From Cycas panzhihuaensis (Eukaryota; Plantae; Cycadophyta): a stretch of 64,000 bases of DNA. Where the stretch lies: the NCBI GenBank assembly GCA_023213395.1, contig CM041465.1, positions 199,213,741 to 199,277,740 of the forward strand, given 5' to 3'. This document shows, one piece after another, positions 54,301 to 64,000 of this stretch; positions within the stretch are counted from its first letter, which is position 1, and each line of letters begins with the position of its first letter. A program made the translations under genes and the position numbers. The notes below the pieces were generated by a model that was given only the letters and a program-made list of their open reading frames with translations, was not told the DNA's origin and searched no databases.

Positions 54301-55470
54301 AATGGTGATCTCGAAGAAGAAATATACATGATTCAACCTCCTGGCTTTATTAAAAATCCTAACTTAGTTTGCAAGTTAAAGAAATCAATCTATAGATTGA
54401 AACAAACTCCTCAAGCTTAGTATACAAAGGTATATGATTAACTTACTCAAAATGGATACACTAGATGTATTAGTGACCCAAACCTCTCCTTTAAATGTGA
54501 AGATAAGAATATTACCATATTAATTCTATATGTTGATGATATCATCATTACAGGATCTTCAAATAATAACATTCATCAACTAAAAATAACCTTGATGAAT
54601 AAATTTAAAATGACCGATTTAAGTCTCCTGCACTATTTTCTTAGATTACAAATTTACCAACATGAATAAAAAATAATTGTATCTTAACCAAAATACATTG
54701 TAGACTTAATCAAAAGGTTTAACATGGAAAATGCTAAACCTACTTCTAATCCCTTACAATTAGGAGTTAAGTTATCTATTGATTGTTCTACAGTACTTTG
54801 TGATCCAACATTATATAGGCAACTTATTGGTAGCCTAATTTATCTAATACATACTCGACTTGATATATCCTATGCTATTGCTCTATATTTACGATATATG
54901 TAAAAACCATATGAATCACACTAGAAAGCCGTTAAACGTATTCTTAGATATCTACAAAATACTATTTTTTATGGCCTAACTTATAACATTTTCAATAATC
55001 CTATGATATTAACAGGATATACTGATTCAGATTGGGAAGGAGACTCCAATAGTCGTAAATCAACAGTTGGTTATGTTTTTTTCCTAGATTCCTCACCAAT
55101 TACTTGGTCTAGTAAAAAGATACAAGCTCTAGCATTATCAACAACAAAAGTTGAATATTGAGCACTTGTTGAAGCAAGCAAATAAGCATTATGGATGAAA
55201 TCTCTTTTAAATAAAATTGGTCTATTTCCTAACTCTTCTATAGAACTTAAAGTCGATAATTAAAGTGCTATTGCTATTGCTACCAATTTAGTTGCTCATT
55301 CTAGAACTAAACATATAGAATTGCATCAACATTTTATCCGTAATCTTATTATTGATAATATTATTCATTTGTCTTATTATCCTATAGATCTACAGGTTGC
55401 TAATATCCTTATAAAACCATTGACTAAAGTCAAGTTTTTAAACCTACAATATTTGTTAAAGATAAAATAA
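51301..55470 (+). pseudogene. copia D gag-pol pseudogene
   Basis: PVLNSSNYADWK, CAYCHK (knuckle), GASHHMT (PR), LELVHSDICG (INT), HQMNVKSTFLNG and LYVDDIIITG (RT), GYTDSDW and RTKHIE (RH). Confidence 0.92.
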
Positions 55471-58400
55471 GTCTCCATCAAAAAGGGATCAATATGATGA
55501 AGGCCTTCTTTATCTTCTATATTGTACAAAAGGTTAACATTAAAGGGGGATCTTAGAAAGGTTAATGTTACTTTTTAAGTTATTAAGGTCAATGTTATAA
55601 AGTTTTAATGTTTAATTATTATTCATTATGTAAAGTTTGTTGAAATGAGCAACTACCCATTTCAACGAACCTTTCACTTCTTAAAAGGCCTCTCCTAGAA
55701 TCTATGAGAGATAATAGGAGGTTGTATGGTTGTCCTAAGTTTGTCTTAAGGCTAATCTAAAATATTTGGTTGGTATGTAGATGGTATTCATATTCATGTC
55801 TGATTATCATGGCTATGTAAATGTTTTCAAAAATAGAATTTCTCTTTAAGATATGGTTTTTCTTCCCTAAAAGAGGTTTTCCACTTAGAAAACATGTGTG
55901 TCTATGCAATATTATTTTGATGACTATGTATGCTCAATTTTTAGATCTCGTTGATATTGTACATGATACTGATCTTTAACATATATCTTAGGAACTTCCT
56001 TTGATATAAGTTTAGTATGACACTTATAGACTAATGGTAAGTCAATGGTCCTTAATAAAATAGTAGAATTCTATCTACATCATTTTGCCTTAGAGCATTA
56101 AAACAAGTGGACCTCTTGGTTAGCCCTCATTGAATACTAGTATAACTACTTTCATCATTACACTATTGACATATCCCTATTCATGGCCCTTTATGGTTAT
56201 CCCCCACCATCCCATCATACCCTTGCCACTAACTTATAAATGACTACCATGTAGTAGAAACTCTAGCACATGGATCAAATTTTCCATACTCTCAAGTAGA
56301 ACTTATTCACCACCCAAATCACATGAAAGAACTCATTGACCTCCATCATTCTAATTATTAATTTTTAGTGAGTGACCTTGTATTTCTCCACTTCTAATCG
56401 CATAAGCAATAATCCTTAAAGTAAATAAAAAATCACAAATGAATCCCCTATCATGTCAATCCTTACGAAATTCTCTAACATATTAAAAAAGTTGCTTATA
56501 TCATTGAACCCCCCCTGAACACTAAGATTCATAATGTTTTCTATATTTCTTTCCTCAAAAAAGCATCTTGGTAAATCCACCACCATATAAACTATCCTTC
56601 TTATCCTTAATAAAGAGTAAGTCCTCATTATTCCTCTTAATCTATCTTAGTTAGTTGACAATACTACATCTATAATAGGATTATCTCTAAGCACCTTCTA
56701 TAACAAATTAGATATGAAGCAGAAGAAGTAACATAAGAATTGATAAAATTTGTTTATCAACATCCATATCTTCTTAGTTTCATGGACTTAACATCTCAAG
56801 GGAAGGGACCTATTACATAGCTACCATCAACAATCAGACCTAACCGCTAACACATGTGACTAGTAAACTTAATTGTTAGTGTTAACTATTAACATTTATC
56901 TGTGGCCCACTTACTCTTGCCAATGGAATGCATGTTGATAATAGTTGCTAATGAAAATTCATGAAGGATGGCCCTATTATCTTTATAAGGCCCCACCAAA
57001 TATAAAGGAAGAATTATGGTATACGTGAAATATTATATATATCATACTGTAATACTAATTTAGTTTTCTTTTAGGTGTCTTTTAATTCTATAATCTATCT
57101 TCTTATTAATAAAGGTTAATTTATTATACTACTATTCATAATAATATACCCTTTGAGATCTCTTAGTCAAATATTTATAGTATTAATCGGGTAGACCTAT
57201 CCTAAGATTTAAGTTGGCTACAAATTCTAGAACATCAAGTTTTACCCATTATTCTTTTTTTCAAGTGCTCTTAATATCCTCTCCTCATATGATGGTAGTT
57301 CCTGTTATTTCTCTTTATCATGTTCTACTTTAGATTTAGGCTCTATTTTACATCATTGTCATATATGCTTGGATCTTAAGCAAATTTCTTGTTATCTCAT
57401 CACCACCTCAATAAGCTCTTCTACTTTCCTTTGTACCTCTTATATATTTTTATTCAACTGTGTAGTTTCTCCTCTTCTTATTTTTATCTTTTTTACTTCT
57501 TATAAACACTTTAGGCTACTTCAATAATTCTCAAATAAACTTATGCAAAAAAATATAGAAACTCACTGAAGTCTACTGCAATCTTCCTTTTTTCTCTTAG
57601 AGCTAAACCATACTCTAATATTAGAAGATGGGAAGGAGGTTCCTTTAATAACAAAGTATGCATGTAAAAGAAGTTAAGAAATTTATAATAAAAATAAAGC
57701 TAATATTCACAAGAATACCTTTGGTAAAGATTTTCTATCTTCTATTCCAAAAAGACTAAAAAAAATCATTTTCTTACAATTTTAAAGTATTTAAATTTGA
57801 AAGTCATTTTCTTACAATTTTAAAGTATTCAAAATTGAGGCATCTATCCATGAAAAAATCCTAATTACTATCTCCTAAAATTAGGTAACTGATTTAGAGC
57901 AAAAAAGTTCCTAATTTAAAATTTTACTATTTTTGGCAAATTTCTAACTATTATTATTTTTAGTAAATTTTTAAAAGATCTTAAATTCACTCAAAAATTA
58001 TCTAATGGCTAGTTAAAAATATCATGAGCCACATAAAATTTTAATCTTCTAATTACCTTACCTAAACATAATTAATATTTTATATCCTAAAAGTCACATC
58101 TTACCCTTTTAAGAACTTTTATACAGTTAAACTAAAAATTCAATTTTGAGACCCTAAAATACCTTTTCTTAAGGATGTCTATGTAGATATACTAATGCCT
58201 ATGGTAATTCTATATAGCTAATTTATACTATAACTTATAAATCTTAACCCAAACACTAATTTTAGTAGTTGCTTTATTAAAAATAGACTAGTGATAATGG
58301 TGATATACTAGTTTTAGTACACGTAAAAGTTTTGCACTAAGATTATAGATGCTATTACATAAAATTTAAACCTTTATAAAGTTTATAATTATACTCCAAA

Positions 58401-59339
58401 ATCTATAATATAATCACTCTAATTATTCTAAACAAGCATAATTGACTCAAATATATAGTTTCTTTTCTTAAATTTATCCATTTATATCCCTAAAATTATA
58501 AATCTATAATAATATTCTAATTGGCAAAAACATGGTCTAATGTGACTTATGATAAGTATTATAAGGTCGTTGATTGATTAGAAGTACAAATACTTCAATA
58601 ATAATGAATATCAAAATTTAGGAAAAAAATAACACAAATAACCACTTTGAATTATATTAAAAAGAAAAAATACTCATAAGATAATAAAGATGGTAATGCA
58701 AAAATTAATAAAAATGTAATTAATATAATAGCTTTCAATAGAATAAAATAATATCTAATAATAAAACTTATTTATATTACAAAGCTTCCACAAAATAGCA
58801 AAAAAGTCTTCTATAAATGCTTGTCCCTCTTTGAGGCAAAGAAGAATTCTAAAATGAAATCTCCTCCTAAAGAAATAAAGGAAATAGATAAAATTTAAAA
58901 CGATAATCTTCCAAATGAACTAACCACTCCTTATATATGGTTGTGTATCTAATTCCTACTAAAATCATATGATATCTTAAGCTAGGGCCATTCCTAAATA
59001 ATAATTAATAAAGTAAATTGAAACCAATCTCTAGCAATTTATATTTAAGACTATAAACTTAAAACTAGCATAACTTTTTTATATGATATCTATTTGGAGC
59101 TCACAACTACTAATTTACAAGCTAATAAGAATAACTATATTTTATAATTTCTTTTAATATCATAATTATAAATAACTAATATATCATAATTTTGAAAGGT
59201 GGCTTGGCCTATTAATAGGGTTTAGCACGCAATTGGTAACTTCATTCTCTTTGTGGAATTTCTCTTCTTAAATCAAGTAGATAAATGTTATATAGGTAAC
59301 TTGTTGATGATGCCTTTCTTCCACCTATTATTATCAAGG

Positions 59340-60900
59340 AATATGTTGCTATATTATTAGGTGATTTGGATTATTTTTTCTTAGTCTTATGCTCTACAAT
59401 TTCAAATTTGAAAAAATGGTTTGTTATTACTTCAGATTCAAACTCAATAACTATTTTAATTATTAAGATTTATTTTAAATTTTTAGTGATAGCTAAATTG
59501 TTTGAATTCTAGATATCTCTTTTTCTTTTGATACCACTCCTTCTCAAATGTGAGATTAGATTATAAATAATCTTATTAAAGAGAAACAAATTATATTTTT
59601 TTCAATAGCTTTCTCTAATAAGACTAATTCAGGTGATTCAAAAATTTTTATTTGCACTCTAAATATGTTGTTATTATTTCATGGTACTAACTAATTTGAC
59701 TTTAAAAAGTTTCTTTGCTTATTTAATATTTCTTTATGGTCTAGGGCCCTATATAAAACAGTCACTCTAAATTTTGATTAAAATATTTATTACATGCCCA
59801 TTAATCGTAGGTTACATCTATATTCAAAAGAAAATCATACCAAAACTTACGAAGTGGTTAATCAAACTTTAGGATTGGAATGTCCCCTAGTAAAGTTTAT
59901 TTTGATTTCATAACTCTAAGGGTTTACAATTGGGCTTTAAGGCAAGGAGTTATCTCTTACCTAATTTAATTTATGACCTACCAAAGTTAAACTCAAAGGC
60001 TTAATGGTTCCAACGTCCATTTGGAATATATATGGTATTTGTATATTAAATTCTTTATTTAGAATAGGGGTGTAGCTTAAAATAAATCTTTTGTATAAGA
60101 TAGCCATCTCTAGTGGTCACAATTAATGAGTATTGGTAATAAGTGTTTTTCTTTGTTTGGTTTATATTTTGTTAAATGCCATTATAGGAAGGGCATTTAT
60201 TTAGTGAAGCATTTACTTGATTTGTCTTTAGGTAAATTTTTATATTGATTAATTTCTAGGACATATTTAGTCTACCTTCTGTCTTTTCTTCTTCATTTCT
60301 TCATCTCACTTACTCGATATCTCAAGTGTTTAGATTTTACATTGAAGTTCCTCTAGTTAGTATATGGTGGATAAATTACTTTTAGTTTCTAAAAATATCT
60401 TTCTTGTGCTTTTCTATTAGGAAACTATACAACCTTATTCTAGCTAAAATAGATATTGTGGATTAGCTTAAAAAGTATTGGAATTAGCAAGAGTCTATAA
60501 ATACATGTCTTTCTCATTCTATTTCTCTTTGGCATATAAAAATTACTTTTAAAACACATCACTTCCTTATGCCTACTCTATATATAAGCCTTATAGTATG
60601 AGATTTATTGGCTACATTAAAATTTATAGTTGATTCCCATTTTTGTCATGATGTCAAGATTATATTTCATTTATTTTAGGCCCATCCTTTTGCCTCTCTT
60701 GCCTAGTATATGATTCAAGCCAAAATGATCATTATTTGATTTTTATAATTTAATTCTATACATGTTTTTTTGGTAATATTAAGGCTTTCAACAAGGGTTT
60801 TATAAATGCATGGCATGTTCTTCAAGTGGAAGTTTTGTAGAAAATGTAGAAAGTCTATAACTTGATCATTTTAAATCTAAAGATCCACCTTCTTCTTTTA
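59340..60900 (+). mobile_element. Very decayed L1-type LINE ORF2 3' fragment
   Basis: Remnants FEFLDISFSFDTTPSQM*D*II (cf. YLGIP), IQVIQKFLF, KLTKWLIKL, RKLYNLIL, and zf-RVT-like HFCHDVKIIFHLF*AHPFASLA* (~60638-60707). Confidence 0.5.
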
Positions 60901-62559
60901 AGTTCTTCTCTAAGCCAATTCCCTCTCTTGTGTTATAGATGAAAATTGCTTTGGATGCCAACACTTTGGTTGTAGATATGCTCAAAAATATGTTTATGAC
61001 ATTACCTCTTTTCTTAAGATAAATGAGTTCATTTCTATACCTTATATACTTACTTCCCCATTGAAAGGAAGAAGATGAAGATTTATTATTAGGCATGGCA
61101 CAAATGTTTATCATTGCTTTGGCTTATCTACTACTTGCTTCGATGTTCCCACGGTATGTTAGCATTACTTTCACCCCTATAAAGACATATAGATAACTAC
61201 AACCATTGTTGTGGAAAATATTTATCCACCATTCTTTATCGCAACAACTATTGCTATTGAAGAAGAGCCTTAAGATGGTGATGGGAATCTAGGTCTTAAC
61301 ACATTTCGTGCAAATAAAAATCTCAAGCTAGGTTGATCTATTGATGCTTTTGGTTCTCTCACATTGTTAGATTTTTGGTTATACAACCTTTGGTAGATTT
61401 GAGTAGGTTTAGTCAAGTATTTTGTGTATGTTCAAAGTTGATGGGCAAATACCTTTTGGTTTATCTTTTTCTATTTACAAGATAGGGCTTCACCCTGATC
61501 TTGTTTTGTATATAATTTAAGGAACCTCTTTAATATGTACTTACTCTTTTCTAAAGTTATTGTAGTAAATGGTTGATTCAAGGGAAATAGGAATTAATAA
61601 ATTACTACTTAGGGTTGTTGTACTTATTCAATAGTAGCAAACTCTATTAGAGGATGCATTCATCTCAATATCTTGATTCTTTATTACATTGATGAATGGA
61701 TTTAATGGTTTTCTAATGTTAGCATCTATGAAGTATCTTTTTACATGGGTTAAACGATTTGATATATCTACTTGATATAAGCATTTATGTAGTGGTTGTC
61801 CTATTGTGCATGTTATTACATGGATGAATGGATTGAATGTTCTCTATAGTAGAAGTATGTATGTGGTAGTTGTTATATTGTGCAACATAGATGAATGGAT
61901 TCAATGTTTTTCTTTAATATAATCATCTATCTAGTGGTTGTTGTATTTTACATGAACATATGGCCTTTTTCACTTAAATGGGAATAACCAACAGATAAAA
62001 ATATAAATATTTGATTATGTACATCATGTTTTCCGTTACAAGAACAAAACAAATAGAAATATTACACAATAAATCTTTTTATTTTTTACACACAATATTA
62101 AATATTGGAAATAACACATAATCACTTCTCACAACTTGTCCCATGGTCTTTTGGCATACTCTTGACACCTTTATTTAAGAAAATAATCATGACCTAATGA
62201 AATTGTGATGAGCATTTAAAAAATCTCCCTTTTAAGATAGAAATAATTCGAAAATCTCTACAAAAATATCTTCCAAATTATGTTTCAAAGAATCTTCCAC
62301 CATTACATAATTCTCCTATTTTTTCCAATCTTTTTAAAACATGTTTTTTTTTTAATCACAAGAAACTAACCAATATTCCATCAATTTGCAACCCAAGGTT
62401 GCTTACCCTTTCTAAAATGAAATAGAGATTGTTAGGGGCGGAAATAGTGAATATTTCCCCAAGTGTCAATATCTAAGGGTTACTTAATAGAAAATCTTCT
62501 GAAATTTCTTGAATAGAATATATTCTTAAGATTCTTGTCCACTTCATGGGGCCAAGTTG

Positions 62560-63600
62560 TGGAGTCACAGACTTGCGTGCTACATAGGGCAGTTCTATTT
62601 AAAAAGGAATATCACGTTAATATTTTGACTGTCAGCGGGTGTCATGGATGCTTTTTGATTGCCCTTTCTGCAACCCAAAAAGTAAAAGTAACCCTAATCT
62701 TAGAGCAGTTATAAGGAATGGATGGGTATGGGCATCCAAAGGGACGACATCAGACTTTTGGCAGGTTCTGTCACCCTTCCACTGAGCCGTCACACTTCCA
62801 CTTGTCTTCTTTATGTACCGTCAGCTTTTACGTGTCTCAAATACTGTGGATACGGTTTGTGTTGAATCTTATATTGCAGACCGTCAATTTCTATCCCTCT
62901 CAGGCACCACGCCAAGCTTATGAAAATATCTGAAATTTCAGGTCTTGGACTTGTGAAATTTGTGTGGCCAGCTTGAGTTTCATTTTCGGAGTTGTCGGTG
63001 ACATAATATCTTCTCCCTGAATGCTGTAATATAATCAGTTTCCAGTAGCAATCTAATAATCCGCCATTATAGTTAAAACAAATTTGTGGCTTGAATCGAT
63101 CAATAAGATTACAGAGCGAATGCATGGATTTATATCATTTGATTTGGTTGCAGGGAGCGTGTTATCGAATCTGGTTTTCCCCTCGCCACTGTATGTTCAC
63201 TTTATAATTATAATTAATCGGTGCGTCGAAATTGTTTGGGATATTCAGTTTAGATGTATGATGTGTTGGTGATCCGGTTGCACAGAACAACTCTCTGGCG
63301 GCAAATCGAAAGAGAATTTCAGAGGATAACCTTACGTCTTCACGTCGCTTAGCACCTCAATTTGAACGTAAAAATCACAGTACAATTATTAGACTTTGGC
63401 AAATTTCGAGATTCGAGGTTGGTGTATGCCAAGGAGGAAGGGAGATGGTAGCTCAATTTACAATGAGCCATGATTGTTTGTCATACTTTCATTAATGGCG
63501 CTCTAAACCTTCGGTTGGGTTTGGCAGCTTCTAAGCTTCTTTCAACTTCTCTCCCATTGATTTTTTTTTTTTCGGGCAATTCATCCATCTTGACATTGTA
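62560..63600. other. Non-repeat, CpG-retaining island; possible promoter/5' region or non-coding RNA locus
   Basis: CpG dinucleotides are frequent compared with the flanks; TATTTAAAAA at 62596; TAACCCTAA at 62689-62697; no transposon motifs and no convincing ORF. Confidence 0.35.
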
Positions 63601-64000
63601 TTAGGATGAGTCTTACAAAGTGTGTTAGGGTTCAAATGGGTTGCAACTATGTTGCAACTTCATTCTAGCTCACATTCATGTCAACCACCTATCCACCTAT
63701 CGCTTAATCTCTTGGTGATTGTTTGAGGTGGAATTTTAGTGCAAGTAAACTTTATGTGATGATGATGGAGGGTATGGAAACTCACTCATTGGTCCATATG
63801 ATCAATGAATGTTGTTGTGAGGCTTGTGATGGTTGTGCTTCAAGGTAATGAACTTTGTATTTTATTAAGTTTGAAGTACATGATTATGAAATATCCTTTA
63901 TTACATTTATGTTGGCACTATATTTTCTCAATCATATTCCTTCTACACTCCATCCTAGGTAATGGATGTAGGTTATTTGGGGGGAAAGAGACAAATAAAA

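Larger units (their letters stand above)
48803..55981 (+). mobile_element. Ty1/copia element D, full length, degenerate
   Basis: 431-bp LTRs 48803-49233 and 55551-55981; exact PBS TGGTATCAGAGCC 49234-49246; PPT AAAGGGGGA; decayed target duplication CCTAT/TATAT. Confidence 0.93.
43581..57204 (+). mobile_element. Highly decayed Ty3/gypsy element C
   Basis: LTRs 43581-43976 and 56811-57204; PBS TGGTATTATAGC 43979-43990; PPT AAGGGAAGGGA 56798-56808; PR ILINSG (~46405), RT FSKLD and VMLFGL (~47190-47310), INT DPKFTSLFWQELF (~48760-48800) continuing after 55982. Confidence 0.85.

Noticed and set aside
62735-62780. Partial resemblance to miR393 (TCCAAAGGGA) and miR394 (TTGGCA..TTCTGTC)
   Set aside because: Only partial matches with indels and no proper miRNA* arm
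62636-62920. TAS3-like locus (CTATCCCTC at ~62891)
   Set aside because: The miR390 seed-pairing part does not match, there is no second site, and no tasiARF core
62718-63272. Short ORFs in the unique island as a host gene
   Set aside because: No recognisable domain and no consistent exon structure

Overview
Plant-type intergenic/heterochromatic DNA (the element types suggest a non-flowering vascular plant, but the species cannot be fixed from sequence) made almost entirely of nested, decayed retrotransposons. No intact host protein gene is visible. Reconstructed nest: an old L1-like LINE remnant (~59340-60900) is abutted by a minus-strand CRM-like Ty3/gypsy element that survives in three pieces (22185-22628, 40055-43580, 57205-~59337). 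Three elements inserted into it: copia A (15075-22184), gypsy B (22629-40054, itself carrying non-autonomous LTR element F at 23651-28672 and copia E at ~29893-36171) and gypsy C (43581-57204, carrying copia D at 48803-55981). A younger, GC-rich Tat-clade gypsy element (<1-15074, minus strand, 2.74 kb LTR, tRNA-Arg PBS) sits in the 3' LTR of copia A. The most notable feature is that element's 3' accessory cassette: a stand-alone archaeal-type RNase H ORF (sense) placed head-to-head with an antisense plant mobile domain (PMD) gene that appears to contain two frame-restoring spliceosomal introns. Other notable items are conserved non-coding leader modules shared between different LTR families (A/E and B/C), a 220-bp foldback palindrome, and a CpG-retaining non-repeat island near the right end with a structured, telomere-motif-containing segment. 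All domain calls are by-eye motif recognition, not database searches.
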